Source of the DNA: Lingula anatina
Lineage: Eukaryota > Animalia > Brachiopoda
NCBI GenBank assembly: GCA_051362555.1
Contig: CM120643.1
Span: 12,870,644 to 12,934,643 of the forward strand
Length of the DNA stretch: 64,000 nucleotides
Direction: 5' to 3'
Of this stretch, positions 43,253 to 57,700 are shown in pieces. The first letter of the stretch is position 1. The number at the start of each line of letters is the position of its first letter. The notes beneath the pieces were generated by a model, which made no database searches, was not told where the DNA came from, and worked only from the letters and a program-made list of their open reading frames with translations. The position numbers and the translations under genes are program-made.

Positions 43253-44898
43253 GGAGAGGTTTCGTACTTGGAACCGCCCTCATGCGTCCAATTTCCATCA
43301 ATAAAAGTGACTGACGGCTTCAAAGTGAAAGGGAAGCCCAGAATTATCCTCAGTTGGTGTCAGGAAGGCATTTAAAAACGAGGCTACATCTGCAAGGTGG
43401 TGACATGCGACTCGGGAGATTTGCTGGACTTTGTGTAAAATCACCGTATCTGAAAAAAATTTTCAGTTTCTCTGCAAAACTACATTTCATGGTCAAAACA
43501 ATCGTTTTTGCGCACGTATGATGGTTCGTTTGGGCATTAGGAGCTTCTTACTGAAAATATAATTTGATGACTGTTGATTTTACGTGTTGGTAGCTTTGGT
43601 TGAAGCCCCTCCCCGAGGCTATCTTGGCCGCAGATGGCTAAGAGCAATGGAAATTCGGTATAATGACCTTCGTCTCGGGAATTTCGTATTAAGCAATGAT
43701 TGTCAACTGGCAAAATACATTATCATAAGATAAATGCCCTTTGCAAGTATGTATTTGGTGGCGTGATGAAGCAAAGAAGAAAGTCAGTAAGCAGCAGCAG
43801 GCGATGATAATTACGTATGACTTTTCTCAAATTTACCAAACAAAGATGCCACGCATGTTTTTTGATATAATCATTTGGGTAAAAAACGATTTGTTTTTAT
43901 TTTTCTTAGGCAAAGACATCTTTTTCGCATGGGCTATGGACATGCAAAATGAAGTGAGTTTTCCTCCTTTTTTCCCAAAGAGAGTGAAACTACAAAATTT
44001 TGCTTAGCATCTGTGACGTGTCTTATTTATGAAAGATGATGATGTTGACGGTGGTTATTCAAGACAAACAGTCAGCCTTTTCACTCGTTTGTTCAGATAA
44101 GCTCATATGTTTTTTTATTTTATCATAATAAGGTACGCTTACCTTAAGTAGTACTTTCAGCTTTAATGGGGTTACAACCTACATGTATTGGACAATAGAA
44201 CTTCTGTCCATTTCACTAACAAAGGTAATCAGGCGGGTCCTATTGTTTTTATCTTTTTTATGAGTATTCGTTGTAAAAAAACGTGTTTACTCACGAAACT
44301 GTCACTGTCAGTAAGTGACCTGTCGGTTTGGTTATCATCTTAACTGCTTGTAAGTATAATAAAATTGTATGTAATGCTTCTCATCGTGATTGAGATTTAT
44401 GTATTGCTTGACCATTTTGGTTCTAACAATCGACATTTTAGAACACACGGTATTGGTGAACAATGTGCTCTATAAATGCACGCTTGCAGATTTTTTACAA
44501 GTGCTAACAAAAATTTTTATCAATAGGCAGAATCCTAATGTTTAAAAGGCAGTGTGCGTGATCACCCAGTCTGGAATGGTCCCAGTTTTGGTAAATAAGG
44601 TGCACCGGTGTCCAGTAAATGCAAAGAACGCAAGTAAAGGTCCCCTTGGAGAAGTAATAAAGATGCAAACATGAGAAGATTTATATCAATGTGATGTATC
44701 TAAGTTTAAAACTCGATTGAGTGACGGTCAGAAAATTTGTTACATGTCCTTTATTTTGCGAGACCACCTCCAGGGTTTTAACCCCCCTACCCTTCCCCGT
44801 TTCTTGGAGGCATATTTCAGAACAATCCTAAACCTTTCACGTATCTGTCACAGAAAGGGTCTAGTATAAAAGAGATCCACCTTTTAATATGGAACTTT

Positions 44899-44933
<35 letters not shown>

Positions 44934-45759
44934 CACGCACGCTCACTCACTCTCTCTCACACACACGCACACACATTCTCTATCTCCCTTTCTCTCTCTC
45001 TCACACAAACACTACACCCACAAGGTCATTTCGTGAAACCACTCTCGAAACAGCTTGTTAACCTCTTTGATTTTCGTAACTATGACATGTTGTTATCCTG
45101 ATCATATGAGTGATTATCCTAAAACCAGTTGCTCCGCACTTCGTCTCGATTTCTCTCTGCACGCCATGTTCGCTAGAACTGGCTGACTCTTTTAACAAAG
45201 TTAAGTAACTATGCGTAGCGTGGGTTACATAACTGGAAATTTATTTACAAAGTCATACTCTTGATTCACCTTTCCTTTATGGATGTCAGCAGGGAAGTAG
45301 AATTACAGATTTGTTTTTTTAATGCTCCGGCTCCGGTGACAGGTGTGTTGTGTATGACAAAAACACGATGAAAATAGTTTTAAATCGTGTGATATCTAAA
45401 CAACAAATTTAATTCTTTTTTAATTTTAGAAATTAACAATACAAACAAAATTAATACATTTAAATACTAATTCCATTCGCACGTAGGCACATCCATTAAT
45501 TAGTTTTCAAGGTACCTATTCTGTCCTTCAGAACCAAGAATCAGCCTGCTTTATTGTTTACTCCCTTTTTTATTGATCTGCTCAATCTCGATCACGTTCA
45601 AAAACGTCTTCAACAAGGTAGTACCAATTTTCTTGTAAATCGATACTTTGACCCTCGTTCCTACAGCGGAGATGAACGAACGATGGCGGTAGACTTGTCG
45701 CAACAAACACAATGCCGCAAGAAGTTTGGCACAGCAACTTGGCGCAACTAATGCAACGC

Positions 45760-48700
45760 TGTGTTTGGTCATTTGTAGTAAGAATAAAGTGCTGGAAGAG
45801 CGGTGGTGTCAACATTAAGGAAGAAATAGAGCAAAAACTCTGTCTCCCCCCCTCTCATATTCTGTTCTCGGGGCTTATTTTTGGATCATCTTTAAAGCTG
45901 GAATTGGGGGCTTTAATGAAGTGATCCGGGCGGACAGGTGTGGTAGATTTATTTTCATCACATTTTGAAAAAAATCAGAGACGGGTCAATTCTGGGTGAT
46001 ATTGAGTGATTTTCATAAGGGCCGGATACGGCAGTTTCCCTCAATTTTGGCCAGGTAGGGAAAAATTTTTTTTTCTTCATTATATTGTCAGGTATGTGTG
46101 TTTGGTCATTTGTAGTGAGGGTAAAGTACTGGAAGAGTGGTTGTGTCATTATTAAGGAAGAAATAGAGCAAAAACTCTCTCCACCCCCCCCTCTCCAAAT
46201 CCTGTTCTCAGGTGTGCTTTCTGGCAATCTTTAAAGCTGAAATTGGGGGCTTTAATGAAGTGATCGGGTGCGTTTCCACATTTTTTATGAATGACAGGTG
46301 TGGTAAATTGATTTTCATGACTTTTTAGAAAAATTGTTGACGGGTCATTTTTGGGTGATTTTGAGTGATTTTCGTAAGGTCCAGATATGGCAGTTTTCTT
46401 CAATTTTGGCCAGGTAGGGATGAAAAATTTTTTTCTTCAATATTGTGTCAGGTAGGTGTGTTTGGTCATTTGTAGTGAGGGTAAAGTACTGGAAGAGTGG
46501 TTTTGTCATTATTAAGGAAGAAATAGAGCAAAAACTCTCTCCACCCCCCCCCCTTCTCTCTCCAAATCCTGTTCTCAGGTGTGCTTTCTGGCAATCTTTA
46601 AAGCTGAAATTGGGGGCTTTAATGAAGTGATCCGGGTGCGTTTCCACTTTTTTTATGAATGACAGGTGGGGTAAATTGATTTTCATGACTTTTTAGAAAA
46701 ATTGTTGACGGGTCATTTTTGGGTGATTTTGAGTGATTTTCGTAAGGTCCAGATATGGCAGTTTTCTTCAATTTTGGCCAGGTAGGGATGAAAAATTTTT
46801 TCTTCAATATTGTGTCAGGTAGGTGTGTTTGGTCATTTGTAGTGAGGGTAAAGTACTGGAAGAGTGGTTTTGTCATTATTAAGGAAGAAATAGAGCAAAA
46901 ACTCTCTCCACCCCCCCCCCTTCTCTCTCCAAATCCTGTTCTCAGGTGTGCTTTCTGGCAATCTTTAAAGCTGAAATTGGGGGCTTTAATGAAGTGATCC
47001 GGGTGCGTTTCCACTTTTTTTATGAATGACAGGTGTGGTAAATTGATTTTCATGACTTTTTGGAAAAATTGGTGACGGGTCATTTTTGGGTGATTTTGAT
47101 TGATTTTCGTAAGGTCCGGATATGGCAGTTTTCTTCAATTTTAGCCAGGTAGGGATGAAAAATTTTTTTCTTCAATATTGTGTCAGGTAGGTGTGTTTGG
47201 TCATTTGTAGTGAGGGTAAAGTACTGGAAGAGTGGTTGTGTCATTATTAAGGAAGAAATAGAGCAAAAACTCTCTCCACCCCCCCACTCTCCAAATCCTA
47301 TTCTCAGGTGTGCTTTCTGGCAATCTTTAAAGCTGAAATTGGGGGCTTTAATGAAGTGATCCGGGCGCGTTTCCACATTTTTTATGAATGACAGGTGTGG
47401 TAAATTGATTTTCATGACTTTTTGGAAAAATTGGTGAGGGGTCATTTTTGGATGATTTTGAGTGATTTTCGTGAGGTCCGTTTATGGCAGTTTTCTTCAA
47501 TTTTGGCCAGGTAGGGATGAATTTTTTTTTTCTTCAATATTGTGTCAGGTAGGTGTGTTTGGTCATTTGTAGTGAGGGTAAAGTACTGGTAGAGTGGTTG
47601 TGTCATTATTAAGGAAGAAATAGTGCAAATACTCTCTCAACCCCCCCCCCCTCTCTCCAAATCCTGTTCTCAGGTGTGCTTTCTGGCAATGTTTAAATCT
47701 GAATTTGGGGGCTTTAATGAAGTGATCCGGGCGCGTTTCCACGTTTTTTATGAATGACAGGTGTGGTAAATTGATTTTCATGACTTTTTGGAAAAATTGG
47801 TGACGGGTCATTTTTGGGTGATTTTGAATGATTTTCGTAAGGTCCGGATATGGCAGTTTTCTTCAATTTTAGCCAGGTAGGGATGAAAAATTTTTTTCTT
47901 CAATATTGTGTCAGGTAGGTGTGTTTGGTCATTTGTAGTGAGGGTAAAGTACTGGAAGAGTGGTTGTGTCATTATTAAGGAAGAAATAGAGCAAAAACTC
48001 TCTCCACCCCCCCCTTCTCTCTCCAAATCCTGTTCTCAGGTGTGCTTTCTGGCAAGCTTTAAAGCTGAAATTGGGGGCTTTAATGAAGTGATCCGGGCGC
48101 GTTTCCACATTTTTTATGAATGACAGGTGTGTTAAATTGATTTTCATGAATTTTTGGAAAAATTGGTGACGGGTCATTTTTGGGTGATTTTGAGTGATTT
48201 TCGTAAGGTCCAGATATGGCAGTTTTCTTCAATTTTGGCCAGGTAGGGATGAAAAATTTTTTTCTTCAATATTGTGTCAGGTAGGTGTGTTTGGTCATTT
48301 GTAGTGAGGGTAAAGTACTGGAAGAGTGGTTGTGTCATTATTAAGGAAGAAATAGAGCAAATACTCTCTCAACCCCCCCCCCCCTTCTCTCTCCAAATCC
48401 TGTTCTCAGGTGTGCTTTCTGGCAATATTTAAAGCTGAAATTGGGGGCTTTAATGAAGTGATCCGGGCGCGTTTCCACATTTTTTATGAATGACAGGTGT
48501 GGTAAATTGATTTTCATGAATTTTTGGAAAAATTGGTGACGGGTCATTTTTGGGTGATTTTGAGTGATTTTCGTAAGGTCCAGATATGGCAGTTTTCTTC
48601 AATTTTGGCCAGGTAGGGATGAAAATTTTTTTTCTTCAATATTGTGTCAGGTAGGTGTGTTTGGTCATTTGTAGTGAGGGTAAAGTACTGGAAGAGTGGT

Positions 48701-51700
48701 TTTGTCATTATTAAGGAAGAAATAGAGCAAAAACTCTCTTAACCCCCCCCCCCATCTCCAAATCCTGTTCTCAGGTGTGCTTGCTGGCAATCTTTAAAGC
48801 TAAAATTGGGGGCTTTAATGAAGTGATCCGGGCGCGTTTCCACATTTTTTATGAATGACAGGTGTGTTAAATTGATTTTCATGAATTTTTGGAAAAATTG
48901 GTGACGGGTCATTTTTGGGTGATTTTGAGTGATTTTCGTAAGGTCCGGATATGGCAGTTTTCTTCAATTTTGGCCAGGTAGGGATGAAAAATTTTTTTCT
49001 TCAATATTGTGTCAGGTAGGTGTGTTTGTTCATTTGTAGTGAGGGTAAAGTACTGGAAGAGTGGTTGTGTCATTATTAAGGAAGAAATAGAGCAAAAACT
49101 CTCTCCACCCCACCCCTTCTCTCCAAATCCTGTTCTCAGGTGTGCTTTCTGGCAATCTTTAAAGCTGAAATTGGGGGCTTTAATGAAGTGATCTGGGCGC
49201 ATTTCCACATTTTTTATGAATGACAGGTGTGATAAATTGATTTTCATGACTTTTTGGAAAAATTGGTGACGGGTCATTTTTGGGTGATTTTGAGTGATTT
49301 TCGTAAGGTCCGGATATGGCAGTTTTCTTCAATTTTGGCCAGGTAGGGATGAAAATTTTTTTTCTTCAATATTGTGTCAGGTAGATGTGTTTGGTCATTT
49401 GTAGTGAGGGTAAAGTACTGGAAGAGTGGTTGTGTCATTATTAAGGAAGAAATAGTGCAAATACTCTCTCAACCCCCCCCTCTCTCCAAATCCTGTTCTC
49501 AGGTGCGCTTTCTGGCAATGTTTAAATCTGAATTTGGGGGCTTTAATGAAGTGATCCGGGCGCGTTTCCACGTTTTTTATGAATGACAGGTGTGGTAAAT
49601 TGATTTTCATGACTTTTTGGAAAAATTGGTGACGGGTCATTTTTGGGTGATTTTGAATGATTTTCGTAAGGTCCGGATATGGCAGTTTTCTTCAATTTTG
49701 GCCAGGTAGGGATGAAAAATTTTTTTCTTCAATATTGTGTCAGGTAGGTGTGTTTGGTCATTTGTAGTGAGGGTAAAGTACTGGAAGAGTGGTTGTGTCA
49801 TTATTAAGGAAGAAATAGAGCAAAAACTCTCTCCACCCCCCCCCCCCCTTCTCTCTCCAAATCCTGTTCTCAGGTGTGCTTTCTGGCAATATTTAAAGCT
49901 GAAATTGGGGGCTTTAATGAAGTGATCCGGGCGCGTTTCCACATTTTTTATGAATGACAGGTGTGGTAAATTGATTTTCATGAATTTTTGGAAAAATTGG
50001 TGACGGGTCATTTTTGGGTGATTTTGAGTGATTTTCGTAAGGTCCAGATATGGCAGTTTTCTTCAATTTTGGCCAGGGAGGGATGAAAATTTTTTTTCTT
50101 CAATATTGTGTCAGGTAGGTGTGTTTGGTCATTTGTAGTGAGGGTAAAGTACTGGAAGAGTGGTTTTGTCATTATTAAGGAAGAAATAGAGCAAAAACTC
50201 TCTTAACCCCCCCCCCCCATCTCCAAATCCTGTTCTCAGGTGTGCTTGCTGGCAATCTTTAAAGCTAAAATTGGGGGCTTTAATGAAGTGATCCGGGCGC
50301 GTTCAACATTTTTTATGAATGACAGGTGTGGTAAATTGATTTTCATGAATTTTTGGAAAAATTGGTGACGGGTCATTTTTGGGTGATTTTGAGTGATTTT
50401 CGTAAGGTCCAGATATGGCAGTTTTCTTCAATTTTGGCCAGGTAGGGATGAAAATTTTTTTTCTTCAATATTGTGTCAGGTAGGTGTGTTTGGTCATTTG
50501 TAGTGAGGGTAAAGTACTGGAAGAGTGGTTTTGTCATTATTAAGGAAGAAATAGAGCAAAAACTCTCTTAACCCTCCCCCCCATCTCCAAATCCTGTTCT
50601 CAGGTGTGCTTGCTGGCAATCTTTAAAGCTAAAATTGGGGGCTTTAATGAAGTGATCCGGGCGCGTTTCCACATTTTTTATGAATGACAGGTGTGGTAAA
50701 TTGATTTTCATGAATTTTTGGAAAAATTGGTGACGGGTCATTTTTGGGTGATTTTGAGTGATTTTCGTAAGGTCCGGATATGGCAGTTTTCTTCAATTTT
50801 GGCCAGGTAGGGATGAAAAATTTTTTTCTTCAATATTGTGTCAGGTAGGTGTGTTTGTTCATTTGTAGTGAGGGTAAAGTACTGGAAGAGTGGTTGTGTC
50901 ATTATTAAGGAAGAAATAGAGCAAAAACTCTCTCCACCCCACCCCTTCTCTCCAAATCCTGTTCTCAGGTGTGCTTTCTGGCAATCTTTAAAGCTGAAAT
51001 TGGGGGCTTTAATGAAGTGATCTGGGCGCATTTCCACATTTTTTATGAATGACAGGTGTGATAAATTGATTTTCATGACTTTTTGGAAAAATTGGTGACG
51101 GGTCATTTTTGGGTGATTTTGAGTGATTTTCGTAAGGTCCGGATATGGCAGTTTTCTTCAATTTTGGCCAGGTAGGGATGAAAATTTTTTTTCTTCAATA
51201 TTGTGTCAGGTAGATGTGTTTGGTCATTTGTAGTGAGGGTAAAGTACTGGAAGAGTGGTTTTGTCATTATTAAGGAAGAAATAGAGCAAAAACTCTCTCC
51301 ACCCCACCCCTTCTCTCCAAATCCTGTTCTCAGGTGTGCTTTCTGGCAATCTTTAAAGCTGAAATTTGGGGCTTTAATGAAGTGATCTGGGCGCATTTCC
51401 ACATTTTTTATGAATGACAGGTGTGATAAATTGATTTTCATGACTTTTTGGAAAAATTGGTGACGGGTCATTTTTGGGTGATTTTGAGTGATTTTCGTAA
51501 GGTCCGGATATGGCAGTTTTCTTCAATTTTGGCCAGGTAGGGATGAAAATTTTTTTTCTTCAATATTGTGTCAGGTAGATGTGTTTGGTCATTTGTAGTG
51601 AGGGTAAAGTACTGGAAGAGTGGTTGTGTCATTATTAAGGAAGAAATAGTGCAAATACTCTCTCAACCCCCCCCTCTCTCCAAATCCTGTTCTCAGGTGC

Positions 51701-54700
51701 GCTTTCTGGCAATGTTTAAATCTGAATTTGGGGGCTTTAATGAAGTGATCCGGGCGCGTTTCCACGTTTTTTATGAATGACAGGTGTGGTAAATTGATTT
51801 TCATGACTTTTTGGAAAAATTGGTGACGGGTCATTTTTGGGTGATTTTGAGTGATTTTCGTAAGGTCCGGATATGGCAGTTTTCTTCAATTTTGGCCAGG
51901 TAGGGATGAAAAATTTTTTTCTTCAATATTGTGTCAGGTAGGTGTGTTTGGTCATTTGTAGTGAGGGTAAAGTACTGGAAGAGTGGTTGTGTCATTATTA
52001 AGGAAGAAATAGAGCAAAAACTCTCTCCACCCCCCCCCTTCTCTCTCCAAATCCTGTTCTCAGGTGTGCTTTCTGGCAATATTTAAAGCTGAAATTGGGG
52101 GCTTTAATGAAGTGATCCGGGCGCGTTTCCACATTTTTTATGAATGACAGGTGTGGTAAATTGATTTTCATGAATTTTTGGAAAAATTGGTGACGGGTCA
52201 TTTTTGGGTGATTTTGAGTGATTTTCGTAAGGTCCAGATATGGCAGTTTTCTTCAATTTTGGCCAGGTAGGGATGAAAAATTTTTTTCTTCAATATTGTG
52301 TCAGGTAGGTGTGTTTGGTCATTTGTAGTGAGGGTAAAGTACTGGAAGAGTGGTTGTGTCATTATTAAGGAAGAAATAGAGCAAAAACTCTCTCCACCCC
52401 CCCCCCCCCTTCTCTCTCCAAATCCTGTTCTCAGGTGTGCTTTCTGGCAATATTTAAAGCTGAAATTGGGGGCTTTAATGAAGTGATCCGGGCGCGTTTC
52501 CACATTTTTTATGAATGACAGGTGTGGTAAATTGATTTTCATGAATTTTTGGAAAAATTGGTGACGGGTCATTTTTGGGTGATTTTGAGTGATTTTCGTA
52601 AGGTCCAGATATGGCAGTTTTCTTCAATTTTGGCCAGGTAGGGATGAAAATTTTTTTTCTTCAATATTGTGTCAGGTAGGTGTGTTTGGTCATTTGTAGT
52701 GAGGGTAAAGTACTGGAAGAGTGGTTTTGTCATTATTAAGGAAGAAATAGAGCAAAAACTCTCTTAACCCCCCCCCCATCTCCAAATCCTGTTCTCAGGT
52801 GTGCTTGCTGGCAATCTTTAAATCTAAAATTGGGGGCTTTAATGAAGTGATCCGGGCGCGTTTCCACATTTTTTATGAATGACAGGTGTGGTAAATTGAT
52901 TTTCATGAATTTTTGGAAAAATTGGTGACGGGTCATTTTTGGGTGATTTTGAGTGATTTTCGTAAGGTCCGGATATGGCAGTTTTCTTCAATTTTGGCCA
53001 GGTAGGGATGAAAATTTTTTTCTTCAATATTGTGTCAGATAGGTGTGTTTGGTCATTTGTAGTGAGGGTAAAGTACTGGAAGAGTGGTTTTGTCATTATT
53101 AAGGAAGAAATAGAGCAAATACTCTCTCAACCCCCCCCCCCCCCTCTCTCCAAATCCTGTTCTCAGGTGTGCTTTTTGGCAATCTTTAAAGCTGAAATTG
53201 GGGGCTTTAATGAAGTGATCCGGGCGCGTTTCCACTTTTTTTATGAATGACAGGTGTGGTAAATTGATTTTCATGACTTTTTGGAAAAATTGGTGACGGG
53301 TCATTTTTGGGTGATTTTGAGTGATTTTCGTAAGGTCCGAATATGGCAGTTTTCTTCAATTTTGGCCAGGTAGGGATGAAAAATTTTTTTCTTCAATATT
53401 GTGTCAGGTAGGTGTGTTTGTTCATTTGTAGTGAGGGTAAAGTACTGGAAGAGTGGTTGTGTCATTATTAAGGAAGAAATAGAGCAAAAACTCTCTCCAC
53501 CCCACCCCTTCTCTCCAAATCCTGTTCTCAGGTGTGCTTTCTGGCAATCTTTAAAGCTGAAATTGGGGGCTTTAATGAAGTGATCTGGGCGCATTTCCAC
53601 ATTTTTTATGAATGACAGGTGTGATAAATTGATTTTCATGACTTTTTGGAAAAATTGGTGACGGGTCATTTTTTGGGTGATTTTGAGTGATTTTCGTAAG
53701 GTCCAGATATGGCAGTTTTCTTCAATTTTGGCCAGGTAGGGATGAAAAATTTTTTACTTCAATATTGTGTCAGGTAGGTGTGTTTGGTCATTTGTAGTGA
53801 GGGTAAAGTACTGGAAGAGTGGTTGTGTCATTATTAAGGAAGAAATAGAGCAAAAACTCTCTCCACCCCCCCCCCCCCCTTCTCTCTCCAAATCCTGTTC
53901 TCAGGTGTGCTTTCTGGCAATATTTAAAGCTGAAATTGGGGGCTTTAATGAAGTGATCCGGGCGCGTTTCCACATTTTTTATGAATGACAGGTGTGGTAA
54001 ATTGATTTTCATGAATTTTTGGAAAAATTGGTGACGGGTCATTTTTGGGTGATTTTGAGTGATTTTCGTAAGGTCCAGATATGGCAGTTTTCTTCAATTT
54101 TGGCCAGGTAGGGATGAAAATTTTTTTTCTTCAATATTGTGTCAGGTAGGTGTGTTTGGTCATTTGTAGTGAGGGTAAAGTACTGGAAGAGTGGTTTTGT
54201 CATTATTAAGGAAGAAATAGAGCAAAAACTCTCTTAACCCCCCCCCATCTCCAAATCCTGTTCTCAGGTGTGCTTGCTGGCAATCTTTAAATCTAAAATT
54301 GGGGGCTTTAATGAAGTGATCCGGGCGCGTTTCCACATTTTTTATGAATGACAGGTGTGGTAAATTGATTTTCATGAATTTTTGGAAAAATTGGTGACGG
54401 GTCATTTTTGGGTGATTTTGAGTGATTTTCGTAAGGTCCGGATATGGCAGTTTTCTTCAATTTTGGCCAGGTAGGGATGAAAATTTTTTTTCTTCAATAT
54501 TGTGTCAGATAGGTGTGTTTGGTCATTTGTAGTGAGGGTAAAGTACTGGAAGAGTGGTTTTGTCATTATTAAGGAAGAAATAGAGCAAAAACTCTCTCAA
54601 CCCCCCCCCCCCTCTCTCCAAATCCTGTTCTCAGGTGTGCTTTTTGGCAATCTTTAAAGCTGAAATTGGGGGCTTTAATGAAGTGATCCGGGCGCGTTTC

Positions 54701-57700
54701 CACTTTTTTTATGAATGACAGGTGTGGTAAATTGATTTTCATGACTTTTTGGAAAAATTGGTGACGGGTCATTTTTGGGTGATTTTGAGTGATTTTCGTA
54801 AGGTCCGAATATGGCAGTTTTCTTCAATTTTGGCCAGGTAGGGATGAAAAATTTTTTTCTTCAATATTGTGTCAGGTAGGTGTGTTTGTTCATTTGTAGT
54901 GAGGGTAAAGTACTGGAAGAGTGGTTGTGTCATTATTAAGGAAGAAATAGAGCAAAAACTCTCTCCACCCCACCCCTTCTCTCCAAATCCTGTTCTCAGG
55001 TGTGCTTTCTGGCAATCTTTAAAGCTGAAATTGGGGGCTTTAATGAAGTGATCTGGGCGCATTTCCACATTTTTTATGAATGACAGGTGTGATAAATTGA
55101 TTTTCATGACTTTTTGGAAAAATTGGTGACGGGTCATTTTTTGGGTGATTTTGAGTGATTTTCGTAAGGTCCAGATATGGCAGTTTTCTTCAATTTTGGC
55201 CAGGTAGGGATGAAAAATTTTTTACTTCAATATTGTGTCAGGTAGGTGTGTTTGGTCATTTGTAGTGAGGGTAAAGTACTGGAAGAGTGGTTGTGTCATT
55301 ATTAAGGAAGAAATAGAGCAAAATCTCTCTTAACCCCCCCCCCCCCAATCTCCAAATCCTGTTCTCAGGTGTGCTTGCTGGCAATCTTTAAAGGTGAAAT
55401 TGGGGGCTTTAATGAAGTGATCCAGGCGCGTTTCCACATTTTTTATGAATGACAGGTGTGGTAAATTGATTTTCATGACTTTTTGGAAAAATTGTTGACG
55501 GGTCATTTTTGGGTGATTTTGAGTGATTTTCGTAAGGTCCGGATATGGCAGTTTTCTTCAATTTTGGCCAGTTAGGGATGAAAATTTTTTTTCTTCAATA
55601 TTGTGTCAGGTAGGTGTGTTTGGTCATTTGTAGTGAGGGTAAAGTACTGGAAGAGTGGTTGTGTCATTATTAAGGAAGAAATAGAGCAAAAACTCTCTCC
55701 ACCCCCCCCACTCTCCAAATCCTATTCTCAGGTGTGCTTTCTGGCAATCTTTAAAGCTGAAATTGGGGGCTTTAATGAAGAGATCCGGGCGCGTTTCCAC
55801 ATTTTTTATGAATGACAGGTGTGTTAAATTGATTTTCCTGACTATTTGGAAAAATTGGTGACGGGTCATTTTTGGGTGATTTTGAATGATTTTCGTAAGG
55901 TCCAGATATGGCAGTTTTCTTCAATTTTGGCCAGGTAGGGATGAAAATTTTTTTTCTTCAATATTGTGTCAGGTAGGTGTGTTTGGTCATTTGTAGTGAG
56001 GGTAAAGTACTGGAAGAGTGGTTGTGTCATTATTAAGGAAGAAATAGAGCAAAAACTCTCTTAACCCCCCCCCCCCCATCTCCAAATCCTGTTCTCAGGT
56101 GTGCTTGCTGGCAATCTTTAAAGCTAAAATTGGGGGCTTTAATGAAGTGATCCGGGCGCGTTTCCACATTTTTTATGAATGACAGGTGTGGTAAATTGAT
56201 TTTCATGAATTTTTGGAAAAATTGGTGACGGGTTATTTTTGGATGATTTTGAGTGATTTTCGTAAGGTCCGGATATGGCAGTTTTCTTCAATTTTGGCCA
56301 GGTAGGGATGAAAAATTTTTTTCTTCAATATTGTGTCAGGTAGGTGTGTTTGTTCATTTGTAGTGAGGGTAAAGTACTGGAAGAGTGGTTGTGTCATTAT
56401 TAAGGAAGAAATAGAGCAAAAACTCTCTCCACCCCAACCCTTCTCTCCAAATCCTGTTCTCAGGTGTGCTTTCTGGCAATCTTTAAAGCTGAAATTGGGG
56501 GCTTTAATGAAGTGATCTGGGCGCATTTCCACATTTTTTATGAATGACAGGTGTGATAAATTGATTTTCATGACTTTTTGGAAAAATTGGTGAGGGGTCA
56601 TTTTTGGGTGATTTTGAGTGATTTTCGTAAGGTCCGGATATGGCAGTTTTCTTCAATTTTGGCCAGGTAGGGATGAAAAATTTTTTTCTTCAATATTGTG
56701 TCAGGTAGGTGTGTTTGGTCATTTGTAGTGAGGGTAAAGTACTGGAAGAGTGGTTTTGTCATTATTAAGGAAGAAATAGAGCAAATACTCTCTCAACCCC
56801 CCCCCCCCCCCTCTCCAAATCCTGTTCTCAGGTGTGCTTTCTGGCAATCTTTAAAGCTGAAATTGGGGGCTTTAATGAAGTGATCCGTGCGGGTTTCAAC
56901 ATTTTTTATAAATGACAGGTGTGGTAAATTGATTTTCATGACTTTTTGGAAAAATTGGTGAGGGGTCATTTTTGGGTGATTTTGAATGATTTTCGTAAGG
57001 TCTGGATATGGCAGTTTTCTTCAATTTTGGCCAGGTAGGGATGAAAATTTTTTTTCTTCAATATTGTGTCAGGTAGATGTGTTTGGTCATTTGTAGTGAG
57101 GGTAAAGTACTGGTAGAGTGGTTGTGTCATTATTAAGGAAGAAATAGTGCAAATACTCTCTCAACCCCCCCCTCTCTCCAAATCCTGTTCTCAGGTGTGC
57201 TTTCTGGCAATGTTTAAATCTTAATTTGGGGGCTTTAATGAAGTGATCCGGGCGCGTTTCCACATTTTTTATGAATGACAGGTGTGTTAAATTGATTTTC
57301 ATGACTTTTTGGAAAAATTGGTGACGGGTCATTTTTGGGTGATTTTGAGTGATTTTCGTAAGGTCCAGATATGGCAGTTTTCTTAAATTTTGGCCAGGTA
57401 GGGATGAAAAATTTTTTTCTTCAATATTGTGTCAGGTAGGTGTGTTTGGTCATTTGTAGTGAGGGTAAAGTACTGGAAGAGTGGTTGTGTCATTATTAAG
57501 GAAGAAATAGAGCAAAAACTCTCTCCACCCCCCCCCCCCTTCTCTCTCCAAATCCTGTTCTCAGGTGTGCTTTCTGGCAATCTTTAAAGCTGAAATTGGG
57601 GGCTTTAATGAAGTGATCCGGGCGCGTTTCCACATTTTTTATGAATGACAGGTGTGGTAAATTGATTTTCATGAATTTTTGGAAAAATTGGTGACGGGTC

